DNA of 64,000 nucleotides from Raillietiella orientalis (taxonomy: Eukaryota), in the NCBI GenBank assembly GCA_036172245.1, contig JAYWIR010000021.1, positions 744,001 to 808,000 of the forward strand, given 5' to 3'. Under the pieces are notes generated by a model that searched no databases, had not been told where the DNA came from, and was given only the letters and a program-made list of their open reading frames with translations. Positions 1 to 16,344 of this stretch are shown one piece after another. Every line of letters begins with the position of its first letter. Position 1 is the first letter of the stretch. The position numbers and the translations under genes are program-made.

Positions 1-759
1 ACGGAAGACGTGGGGACAGCCGCCGTCCCGTCCTGTCCCCCTCCGAGCGCGGCGCCTCGCGTGGAGCCCCAGGGTGCGGCCCTCCGAGCAAACTCGGCTC
101 CGTGCGGATGCGTCCACTCAAAATCCCGGATTTTCCGAGTCCTCCTCCACGGGAACGAATCCGCTCGTGCGGACGGGAACTAGAGCGACTGTTCGTCCGG
201 GGAGTTCGGGTTCGGGAAGGAGGAGGCGCTAAGAGCTGCTGCTGCTGTTGCGCTCGAAAACAGAGGATTCCTCCGCCGGAGCGAGGCGTCACGCCTTGCA
301 TCGCCGTGGAAACCCAGGCGGCTACGGCGTGGCGCTCCCGACTGAGGATGACAAGGGTGGAGAGATGCCTTTCGGACAGGCATTTGGGGATCGAGCGGTC
401 TCGCCGGCGGCGGGATGTCGGGAGACTTCCGCATCTCTCCGGCGGGTACCTCCCTCCCCGTTCCTAATCCCTGCTCTTCCACAGACCGTAGGAAGTCCTG
501 ATGTGCTTGGGGAGAACACACGGAGAGTCCTACGGCTCTCGAGCGCACAGTACTCGCCGTTTCGATTTTCTGGAGCCAAATGACGCGCGGCAGGATCGTC
601 TAGTCGCACCGGCGGCTCCAGAGGCGGGCGCGCATCCGGCAAAAGGGGAAGGGAAACCCCTCCTGCCTTCCTCTCTTGACGCGCTCCTCCGCCAGCATCC
701 GTGAGGCGAGGATTCCCGTTGCGACCGGGAGGGGGGGGATTCCCAGGCCCGTGGTGCGG

Positions 760-2980
760 GCCTCGGCACGCGACATCCCAGTGGGATGCTCTTGCAAACT
801 GGGGATGGAAGGAGGGGAGGGAGGGAGGAAGAGGCAGGAGACATCCGGACGAGACAGAAAGGAGGCCCGGAAGAAGGGCGCCCCGATGAGAGGGAAGAGA
901 AGGAACAGGCAGTTGGCCGCTCCTTTCGGCAGCCGCAGTAGCTTCTGCAGGGATTACCAGGCGGAGGGAGGAATTCCTCGTCTCCATGGAAGCGCGGGAT
1001 GCCTGGATGCTCCCGGAAGCCTTCTCTCCTCTGCACCAAGAGCCTTCGCCTCTCGGTGCCTAAATGCGGGTCGGAAGCTCCTTCCCCCTCTCCGATGCCC
1101 CCACCCACACCATAGCCCCCAACTCCCCCTTCCCTGCAAGCCGCTGCCAAGTCGGAGCTCCCGATGCCTCCCAGGAGAGGACACGGACTTCCCTCCGGCA
1201 AACCCTTAGGAGCTTGACCGCGACCGGAGGATTTCCATTTACGGAGGACCACGTGCCTGCAGCAGGCAGCTTTCCACTCCCGTGACACTTGGAACTCAAG
1301 GCGCCCCTGGAGCTCCGCGCCGGGAGGGGCCAGGGGTTCGCCTGTCTGGATCGAGGCGCGCGCAAGCGGGACGAGGAAGAGACCACGACCGCCAGATCCC
1401 GAGTCCAGAAATCGGGAGCAGGAGCTCCGAACGCCCACGGGCGAAGCGTGCTCAGCCTTGAACTCCTGGAGGCTGGCAGAGGGGTCAAGCGGATGACCTG
1501 CGCGCGGACGGCGGAGGGGAAGGGGGGATTTTTCTTTTTCTCCCCATGCAGAAGAAGGAGGACACCGGGGCGGCAGGACCCACGTCGTCAAGAAAGACGA
1601 GACCTGGTTGGCGCTGCGGCTCGACGTCGTCGTCTCGGGGGAAGGGGATCTAACGAGCAGTTATGCCGAGAGCAGACGAAGAGAGCTCCCCCACTTCCGT
1701 CCCCCCATCTCAGAAGGAGGGCCATCGGACACCCCTGGTCATCCCTGCACAATTGCCCGGGAAGAGAGATCCCGGAAGCAGGAGGTCTCGATGAAAAGGA
1801 GGCGGAGGAACGGCCAGTTGGCAGCTCCTCTAGGCAACCGCAGTTGCTTCTGCGGGGACTACCAGGAGGGCAGGCTTAAACGTCTCCCTGCGGTCGCGCG
1901 GATGGCGCTCCGATGGCTCCTCGCTTCCTCCGCCGCTCGGAATCGGCGAGGATCGTTGCCATGGCAAACGATGCACCGTGGAGTGGGAGGTGCCTCATGC
2001 AGTCTGGCGGCCTCCGACCGCAGTCTCTCCCTGCTTCCCGCTCTGCCAGCAACAGCTGGACACCGCTTCTGTTGTCACGAGCGACGGATCCGGCGGCGGC
2101 ACGGCAAAGACCAAGTACCGGCCGGCGGGTCGTCGTTGGAGCAGGCAGGAGGCTGACGAAGTGCACACGCGCGCTGGAGTGAGAGCACTCCCGTGCACTC
2201 TCGGTCCGGCTCGGCCGTGCACGCCCACCCCCTGCGTGTTTGGGAAGGTCTCTTCGAACTTTCCCGGTTCGATTTTGGAGAGCTGGGATGGGCAACCGAG
2301 CGTCGTGGGTTCGAATCCCGCCCCCGGAGGAAGCACCGATTCCCCGAGGACGGGGGGTGCGTCGCATTCCCGCCCCCCCTTCTTCCATGCAGGATTGCAC
2401 TGGTTGGTTTCTGCTGGTTTAGGGTGAGGCGGAACTGGCGGAAACCCCCGTTGACTGGCCGGGATTGGAGGAAGCTGATCGGCCGGGATCCTTCCAGGAA
2501 CCAAGGGGACGGTTCCCCTTCAAGGCTGTTCCCCCCCCCCCTCCGGTTGGAGGAAAATGGAGACGTCCATCGTGTACCACGAGGGTGGTTGATGCCTCTC
2601 CAGAGTGCAGGGAGTGCGTTGCCCCTTCGTGGAGCACCCTTCAGAGTATTCGGGAAGCATCTCTTCGGGGTTCTCTTTAGAAGAGGAGGAAGCCGGGAGC
2701 GGTAGGTTTCCTCCGGAGACAACCAGGGAGACGGTTTCCTCCCAAGCGCAAGAGAGACGGACTTGCTTCCTCCGGAGCCTTCCTGGATTCCATAGGGTGG
2801 TCCCTCTGGGATCATCCCCTACAACTTGAAGAGTTACACGCACCCTCGGGTGGCGTGGATGGTGCCAAAGAACCCTCCTCCCTAAGGAGGCGAATGGTTC
2901 TCCAGGACTCCTTAAGAACCAACAAAAACAAAAAAAGTGGTGGGTTGCCAAGGTTCCGTGATTTTTTTTTTTTTTTACTG
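760..2980 (-). mobile_element. Decayed integrase-like (Ginger2/SCAND3-KRBA2-like) transposon relic; copy A of a dispersed repeat, with an internally duplicated 3' part
   Basis: 2290-2870 is the reverse-complement homolog of 26330-26975 and 32659-33075. Broken frames give IFLQPEGGGEQ, VPGRIP..PASQRG, GFEPTTLG and AGRYLVFAVPPPDP in the order expected for a DDE integrase core and C-terminus. Confidence 0.4.
860..1875 (+). repeat. Diverged direct duplication (about 860-970 vs about 1760-1875)
   Basis: cccggaagaagggcgccccgatgagagggaagagaaggaacaggcagttggccgctcctttcggcagccgcagtagcttctgcagggattaccagg aligns with cccggaagcaggaggtctcgatgaaaaggaggcggaggaacggccagttggcagctcctctaggcaaccgcagttgcttctgcggggactaccagg. 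Confidence 0.8.
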
Positions 2981-3949
2981 ACATTTTCTTTACCTAATCT
3001 ACGCTTCCGCTTCTGGAAGATTTACCTGCATCCGCTCCTGCAGGCGCAATGGAGGACCCGCACACGGATGGAGGTGCTCGACGCGGACCTATTTTCAAAC
3101 AGGTCGAAGTGGACAAGGTGGTGGTGGTCGAAGCGAGTCATCCCCCCCCCCCCTCCAATGTCTTTGGACTGAGGTCCGTGCAGACTCCGGAATGTAGCAG
3201 GCGCGAGATGGAGTGATGGGAGCCTGGCTGCCACGCAACGTCGCGTGGCGCTGCGTGGAGGGCTGGTGGCTGAGGACGTGAACGCGAAGGCTTCTTCTTG
3301 GCCTCCCAGGAGAACCGGGTGCCGGAGGACGTAGATCCTCTCCCTACTTGCCAGCGATGGAAGAAGCGACTCCTATTGGTCCTTGAGGATAACGCGTGCG
3401 GTCCCTTTTCGATTTCATCCCACACTGCGGCTGCATCAGCTGCATCTTCCCGCTTCAGTCTTTGTCATCAAGGAGAACCGTGCATCCTTGGCAACTGAAG
3501 GTCCTTTCCGCTTACGAGTACGGGTTTACCGTGAAGAGATGGCGGGCTGTGGTCTTTTTCAAAATGCCAGGCAATTCTAGCAGAGGGAAAGTATGAAAAA
3601 TAGAATGCAAATGACTCCGAACATCAAAATGCGACGCCAGAAATAACTCCTTCTAATCCTTAAGCTTCGAGCAAGATTGGCACGAGCCGTCTAGCGATAG
3701 AAGTGGATTGGATAGGAATGGATTCGATGGACTGCAATCCAGAATGCGGCCAGCTCAGAAGCGACTACAAGCGTCCAAGAGATGCTGCAACGGGAGCGTC
3801 TTCACACAAAAAGGCTGAAGAGGGCGTGCGATGTCCGCGGATTCTCGCTTTGGATTCCGCGCATCGCCACATATGGCCTCCGACGTAAAGAAGTACGCTT
3901 TCCGTAATAGAACTCGGAGCTGAGAAAGAGGCTTTTGTGCGGTTCGGAG

Positions 3950-5250
3950 CTGCCTCCAATCTATTAGATGATGACATTTCGTCTCAGTTGGCTTGCATTT
4001 CAACGGTGAAGCGCACTGTTTTCTTTGTCCGACCACTTGGCGAAGTGCTGTTGCCTGTCGGCACCCTAAAGTCACCCTAAAGTCTCCACGCTTCTCGAGG
4101 CAGCAGGTGTTTCGAGTAGTCGTCTTGTCCGGGACATCATCAGACCAAGTTCGAATTGGAACCTTTCTTGCTGTTGTTTTTTCTTACACAAAAATTCCCT
4201 CCGTGGACCTGTGACGCTATTCGTTTCTAGGAAACCGTAGCACCACGTTATCTGCTCTATGGTTTTAAAAGCGAGACGATGTACAAGACGAGATGAAGTG
4301 CAAAGCAAAAAACGAGCTCCTAGGCTACTCTTTGCTCTCAGAGATGGCGCACTTCAGAGGAGCAGCCGCCGAGCATGCAGCTGCTGACATCGAGAATGCT
4401 GCCGCTCTAAGATATCCACGAGATGTGGTTGATCTCAAGTCATGGGAAGGGCTAGTCACAATACCTGGCGTTTGATGATGATAGGTTGGGACCACTACTA
4501 TTCTCGAGACAGGCCAACCACCAATCGAGCAACATGAGCTCTTTGCGTTTTACCATGAAGCATTTGGATGCGGAGCAAGGCTGCATCTCTGGGCAGGCGA
4601 CGGGAGAGACGATTTTCGCAGGTTGTATGGATCCACGGAGGCACAGCCCTACTTGTCCGCATGGCCAGCGCCCACACGCGGCTGAAGAATCTCAAAAAGC
4701 GGGTGGCTGGCCCCTACGTGAACAGTTTCCGAAGAAATGACGACATCCCAGTGTACGACCTGATGGTGAGGTCTTTCTCTTCGATAGTGGCAACGCGGCA
4801 TCACGGTGGGGCTGCTTAAAAAGCAAATTGAGATCTGCGCATGTGGTTCCTCCTCAGAGTGGACACAGCGATACATCTTGCAAAAGATGCAAGTGGTCAT
4901 GAGCCTCTGATGAACTCAAACATTCAGGTCGCAAGTGGTGCTTCCCTAGCGTTTCTCAGGGCCCGCACCAATGTAATCCTCATTGGTAGATAAAATGTCG
5001 CATTCTGTCGCTTGCAGGCTGGAGAAAGATATTCTGATTTTCAAAACACATCGTCCACAGAAGCCATGGTGTTCGATGGGTTCGTCGATGGTCGGGGAAA
5101 ATTTTTGCTATGCAGGAGCTTGATACCACTTCCCTCTGTTCTAACTTGGCTTAAAGACGCGCGAATGTTCATGAAGATTCTCCCTAACCGTGGGACGGGA
5201 ATCTTGTCCGGAGGACAGAACTGAACCTAAGCACCTCTGGTTCCACGAAA
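3950..5250 (+). mobile_element. Heavily decayed non-LTR retrotransposon (LINE) RT/C-terminal relic
   Basis: Broken frames YLAFDDDRL..F (YLGVxLDxRL-like) and RRRERRFSQVV..RLKNLKKRVAGPYVNSFRR (LxxVQRxxALxVxSAYRT-like) occur in LINE ORF2 order, with many stops and frameshifts. Confidence 0.35.
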
Positions 5251-8200
5251 AAGTGGGAAAGGTTTGCCTTCCTCGTGAAATGAAAGTTAATGAATCCGCA
5301 CCAAGGGACCGTTACTTTGTTACTTCCAGTTTATGCTGGTATCACTAGTTTAGTCACGTGGGGCAAATTTAATGGCTCTTAAAATGGCAAAGCTCGTAAA
5401 GTACCTCTACACCCACTTCCAGTCATTGCAAAAAAAAAGATAATTTGGTGATTTTCTGACATGAATAAGTTTTGCAGCCATAGTGACCCTCGCAAGCGTA
5501 CAGAAGAACCACCACCGTGAACCATCACATGGATCTTTCAACGTCACAGGAATGTCTCCAGCATGTGCCCAGGCCGTGCTGAGCAAACAAGGAAAACATC
5601 GGCGCAGAGTTGGCTCCTCCACCTTTGTTCCTTCTTGCGTATAGAAGGCTGATCTGGAAGATCCGAAACCGTACACAATGGCATGGGCTGCTTCGCACTT
5701 ACAGTTGTTGTACAATGCGAAGCGGCCATAGCTTGAGTTTGACCGAATCGCTCGCTTTTTCATGGAGCTGCACGGGCAGAGCTTCCGACGATCTTCTCAA
5801 TGGACGAATCCCTCCAAGAAGGGACCTCCTGCCCTAATCCTATTCTTCGAAGATTACCAGGACTCTGCTCTACATATCTCTATCCATTAGAGACTCGACG
5901 AAACAAAGTCCCGTCCGCCTCAGAGCCAAGGGTTTCCAGATTTCCAGTTTCCGAATCTTGGTCCCATGGATTCGAGCCGCAAGTGCAACTGCCCGAAGGA
6001 ACGAGCTCCCACTACGTTCTGCAGCTGGTCATGGGATCCAAAGGGTCCACACCGCAACTACGTCGCGGAGAAGCATCGAGCCATGGAAATGGTTTGGGTT
6101 TCGGAAACTGAGATTTTGAAAGCCGAGAGGAACCTTTATGCGTAGGAGGTGCAGAAGAAGGCAGCTCCCATGCCTCATCGATTCGGGCTGATGGAAAGGG
6201 TAATCCTCTGTCTAAAGACCACCGACAGTTCCCTCTTTACGGAGGGCCAGAGCCTATGCACCGATGTGAAGATCTGGGTTCTTTTTGCACCCGCACATCT
6301 GCCCACTCCTTCACGTGATCAAGGAAAGCCACGTCATTCTAACATCGGCGCATGGAGCGGTCGTCCTCGGTGAACCTCTATCCTACATAAATTTACCCCA
6401 CTGGTCTGCCATGCCACCGCTCATCCGGCATTCCTGTTTCTCTGAAAAATCGGTGAGTTTCTGGAAAAGTGAAATGCCCTTCGAACCTCTGCGTGCACTT
6501 ACAGAAAGAGAGAAGACTGCACTCGACTGAAGGAGCTGACATCGGGCGTGAGCAAACACCAGAATGAGAGCCCTTGAGAAAGCAGACGAAAGGCTCTCTT
6601 AATCTTAATCTTAAGCCGAGAGAAACAATCCAAAGCCTTATCACTCAGAAGACCAGCAGCGGAATGACTTTGCAGGAATGCAGGCCTATCTCTCTGTGTG
6701 TGGCCATCGGAGTGCTCGGTGACTCATGAAGATGGCGGAGACTCACAGATTTCCTTTTTCTCACTCTTTTCGAGATCGTTCACACGAGCGTGGATTCGTT
6801 TCCAGCCTTCCGCGTCCTCGTCGTGTTTCCATTTGCCAAGCCCAAAGCTGCCCCGCAAAGTGACAGACACTTCGCGCCTCGAATTTTCCGGTTTCTGGGT
6901 CGAATTCGGCGGGCCTCCGCTAGAGTGAGGTCAAACCTCTGTGCGTGCAGAAGAAGACTTGAGTAGTTGAGGCGGTTGCAGAAGCGAGTGCCTGCCTCTC
7001 GCACACTCAAGGGCTTCACTCAGGAAGCTGAGCGGAGCGGACTGATGCTCGGCTGCGTCAAAAGGCCTGGCGGAAGGAGGAACCCCGAGGAAGATTGCCC
7101 AGGAGCAAAACCAGCTTCCGGGCGCCCTTCGAGTTTAACAAGCTCGTCCGGAGGAAGAGGAGAAGAGGAAAGCTGCGCGTGGAAAGTCCCGCTTTTTCCG
7201 ACGTGCAAGAGGAAAGTGGGCCAAATAAAGTGCACTATTCGCAGGTATTTCTGAAGAGGAGGGTCAAAGTTGTTTGCGGACATGTACCTGACATCAGATA
7301 GGACATTCTGTTTAGACGGAATCTGGGAATGAAATTGGATATTCCGCCTTTGGTCGTACAGCGATAGGAAGCATCACTGGCACATGGCTCAAGATCTCCA
7401 TAATAAGACACTACACGAGTTTAAATACTTTTGGAGGAGGCAATTTGATTGACAGGCTAATTACGAGCAGAAAGCCAAGTCCCAAAGCACTGCTCTCGGA
7501 ACGGATTTCGACCAGGATTGCTACATTTACACACTGATGCTGCTGGTCGCTCTGATCTTCACGTGGTTCATCCACTGAAAAAAGGGGAGATGCAGAGCAA
7601 ACCCATCGCGAGGTTCTTACGCTCCTTTAGTTCCATGTTTTCCAACATCCCTTTGTTCCCTTTATGCTGGGAATCAGGCCTCGGTGCTTGCAAACACCAA
7701 ACCCGTCAAAATCACGAAACGAGATCAGAATGATACTGTGACCTCCGAGCATAAAATGCCAACGGGTTTGGAGTTTCTCGATGCTTTCCAAGACCTTCCA
7801 GCACCAATATTCTGCAAAAGCACGCAGATAAAAGAAGCTCGAGAGAATTGCAGGCGTGCCCCCTCCCTCTCCTCCACTCTTTGAGCATTTTCAATATTAC
7901 AGGCATCGTACACAATCTAATCGTAGTAGTGGCAGCGTCGATCACAATAGTGCCAGTACATTTCCAGGATTCTTAAAAAAAAATTACAACTTGCGTCATG
8001 AGAGTCACTGACCACAGTCCGAAAGGCACAACGTTGTCCTGCCTTTGCTGTTGATTATTTTACAACATGGAATGTACGCTTTTCTTACACATAATTTTGC
8101 GGTATTTCTGAAACAACTTTCCTTATACTAACGTCGAATTTCATAGGAAATGGAATACATCCCACATGTTCTATTAGTCAGTAAGTAGTACGAATTTTAA

Positions 8201-10590
8201 GTAACTCCGCCGCACCATCTAATAAAATTAATAATTGTCTTTCACATATGCAGTTCTACTATACGTAATAATCAGATACCATGGAATGCTAGCAACCCAT
8301 CTCATCACCGCTGTCGTCGCATTTCTGTGCGTCAGTGAACATCTGCTTGAGCCCCAAACGCGGCATTCTTCCCCATTCTTAATGAACTCAGTGCATCTCA
8401 TTTCATACAGCCACCGCTCCGTCCTCACTGCAGCCTCTGAGGACTGGAATGAGGACCCCGTCAAGAACGGTCTTGTCTTCAAGGCATTATCCGTTCCTCC
8501 AGCCCGAATCGCGTACCCATGCAGCAGCCCTCCTCAGAATGAAGGGCTCCTCCAACACCACGGTTGAGGAGCCCACTCAAATGCCGAAGTCGACGTCAAC
8601 CCAACGCACCCACATGCCATTCGTGGCTCGCTGCTCCGAATCCCACATCGCACTCGCACTTGCACTTTCTTGCCACCTATGATTTCAATCTCCGATTCCT
8701 AATTCGAATGCTTTCAAATAGTTTATCCGTAGTTCGATTAGGGACGGAAACCACTCGTCTGCTCTCGCTGGCGCCCCCATCATTTCCTTTCTTTGCAATT
8801 GGTTTGCCACCCGCTCCCAGCTCTTCCGAATCGAAGCTCGGCCCATTCTTCTCGACGAATGATTCCGCGTTCCTCCTCAAAGATTTAAGCTGTGGACGAG
8901 GTGTTCCGATACTTCTGATGTTTTGGAGAAATACGAGTTACTTTGGGTTCGTCCTCAAATCCAACGTCGCGTGCATGCGAGCTCGAAATTCTTCCTGCTC
9001 GCGCTTTGGGGCCGAGGAGCAGAAAGTTCCGCGAAAAATGGGTCTCCAGTAGGGCGCGGTGCGCATTCCTTTTTCGTGCTTTCACAGACGGACACCCGCC
9101 CGAAACTCGTTATTTGTCCGCTACCCGGCTTCGTCAGCCTGCATCCGTCGCTTGTAGAGCACCTCCTCTCGCGCCACCCCAACACCCTTACGAGGAATTT
9201 CAAGGAAGTGTTTCTTCTTGCCACGGGCCGCCCTCCTTCTCCTCTTACCGAGTCGAAAATGCGATTCATCGTCACCGAGCATGACGCTCGACGCCGCCGC
9301 GGGTTTCTGCTTTTACGATGCCCGCAGCAATCACCCAGAACTCGCCAAAGCTCTTCCTCCGTTCTCCGTTGATTTTTTGCATCCGTGCGTGTAAGATCCC
9401 CCTCGCTGCCTCTGCCCGTCGTTTGGAAGACAATCTGTTGCAGGCTGGTTCCCACTTTCTTCAGCTTCCCCACTTCATACCTCACAGACTGCCAGCCACT
9501 CGCTGCTGCTTCGCATTCGTGCGGAATGCTCCCCACGTCCAGGAGCAGCTCCTGCTCTCCCACCTCAAGAACATCTGCTGCTGCTTTCGGCATTATCCCT
9601 CATCAGTTATTAGGCACTTGGAATCATTAACCTCCTTGAGCATCACCACCACCACGCATCATTCCCTCGTTTTTTACTCGGTTCCTGTGCAAGTGGTGGC
9701 GGCTTCAGCATGCCCATAATCAACGAGCTGCGTATATGGGGAAATTCTGCTACAAGCAACGTTAACCAGACGCACTGACTGGATCGGGGAGGGGGGGGGG
9801 GACCCTTGAAGACAGGGCTCCGCATGCAAATGAGGCAAAAACAAAGAAATCTCGCATCATTGTGTAACAAAACTCACCGGGCATCTTTTCAGTATCGCCA
9901 TCGTTCTGAGGTTCAATCTAACCTTCGAATACACGTTGCTCGAAAAACACACGCACAAAAAAAAAAGTGCAGATATCTTTTCAGTAAAAGGAGAGTGAAA
10001 ATGCACGCCGACCAATCGGTGGCTTTTCTCTTCCGCCAGTCCTCGTGCTGTCCAGCAACAGCCTTACGGAAATTCGCTTACTGCCGACTTGGAAAACATT
10101 CTCTTCCTCTGATGATGAACTCCCCCCCCCCCCCTTCCAATCAACAGATCCTGACAAAGAAACCAGACAAATCCCGGCCAACACACTCCAGCGTCTTTAT
10201 TGTACACACACGGATGCACATGCTTTGCGTTCTCATTACAGTCTTTGACGCAGTGCACTGCCTACACGCAAAGGTGGATCTCCGTACTGCCCGACGAGCT
10301 GCCACCCATCTTCTTTTCCCTTCTCCTCCATCCCGCTCGGTGTCCGTCAACACAACCACCGAATGGAAATTACCTCATGACGTGCCGAATCATTAAAACC
10401 GTTTCCATCTTCTGAGGGATGCTTACTCGGCAAGACTCTGGGAAGCTGGATGCGAGCACGAGATCCATAATGAGAACCGCAGGATCGGATATTATGGTAA
10501 TTTGCACGAAATTATGCGCGCGATGCCGGAGTCTGCGCTCGGATGGATCCTTGGAAGCCTCTCCGCCCGCCCGGTTCAGGGCTGCCACAT

Positions 10591-15457
<4,867 letters not shown>

Positions 15458-15969
15458 CGCTGGTATCTTTTTCGATTTACCGATATTGTGATTCACTTAA
15501 ATCATAAACCTCTGCATTGATCTTTCCCAACAGAAATGGTAGGGAAACATGTGCAAAGAACTTTTGTAGTTGGCATCATGGATGCTCGTAATCCTACTTG
15601 AAAGTGAAACCTGATGCATTTAGGAAACAAAAAGACTTTAAACATCGGCGACATATGTGAAACTTTATGCCCCCCAAAGCTTATTCGATGTGTCCATTTT
15701 GGTTTGTTCGGTGTTTACCTATATTCTCTGGAAAGCTAAGCACTCACGAAGAAACTACCTGGATGTAAAAGCACACATTGGTTGCACGTGACACGCAGCA
15801 TTATCAAGCAAAGAAGTGTCTCCCATGTTGAAGGGGCAAGATTGACGATCCGGCGGGAACGGAATTTGTAAGCTTTTTCCAAGTCATGCCCGCGCGCTCT
15901 CGTCCTTTCTTTACCAGAAGGAAACGCACGAAGAAAAAATAAGAAAGAAAATCCGAGACCTGTGGCATT

Positions 15970-16344
15970 TCAAAAAAAAAAAAGAGACACTCCCTCTTGC
16001 CTCATGGACCCAATTTTCCCTAAACGCAAGAGAATGGAGGAAACTCCGCGGACCTTCACCGAGGCTTCGCCACAACGTTTTCGTCGCTGGAGGTGGAAAG
16101 TTTTCCACGGCAGATGCAGCATTACGAACTGAAGCAGTTTCGAAAAATGACCTGCTGCAAATTCACGTAGTTGGTTCATTTGATTTCCTTTGGACTTTTT
16201 CCGCACGATCTGCAAGAAATATTGCAGTGGCGATTCTGCAAGTCGCCTCGGTTTCCCTCTCCGGTAGGAAGTCTTGCGGGAGCCGCGCCTCTGTGCAGAA
16301 AGCATTTGACAGTATCTGAGAGCTTCCTCGGTTTCACTCTCCAT
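15970..16344 (-). CDS. Candidate small basic protein with a divergent (protamine-like/MST-type) HMG box
   Basis: ATG-initiated R/K-rich ORF. KPRRLAESPLQYFLQIVRKKSKGNQMNQLREFAAGHFSKL resembles HMG helices 1-2. A 39-nt in-frame GT-AG intron candidate (16125-16087) would join KLLQF to RRKRCGEAS, giving helix-3 spacing. Similarity judged by eye only. Confidence 0.3.
   Translation of the reverse strand: MESETEEALRYCQMLSAQRRGSRKTSYRRGKPRRLAESPLQYFLQIVRKKSKGNQMNQLREFAAGHFSKLLQFVMLHLPWKTFHLQRRKRCGEASVKVRGVSSILLRLGKIGSMRQEGVSLFFF

Noticed and set aside
2295..2330. GGTTCGAATCCC B-box suggesting a tRNA gene (also 26940-26960, minus)
   Set aside because: No cloverleaf, acceptor stem or A-box can be built, and it lies within a dispersed repeat.
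6150..7900. Possible LINE endonuclease/RT traces (VLFAP, GFRPG)
   Set aside because: Motifs are too short and scattered to support a call.
8286..8682. Possible small secreted protein (MLATHLITAVVAFLCV plus a downstream exon)
   Set aside because: Weak donor site, ambiguous frame and no recognisable homology.
8677..9593. Minus-strand ORFs downstream of POLR3A, faintly like a pogo DDE C-terminus
   Set aside because: Only one loose motif and no consistent gene or transposase structure.
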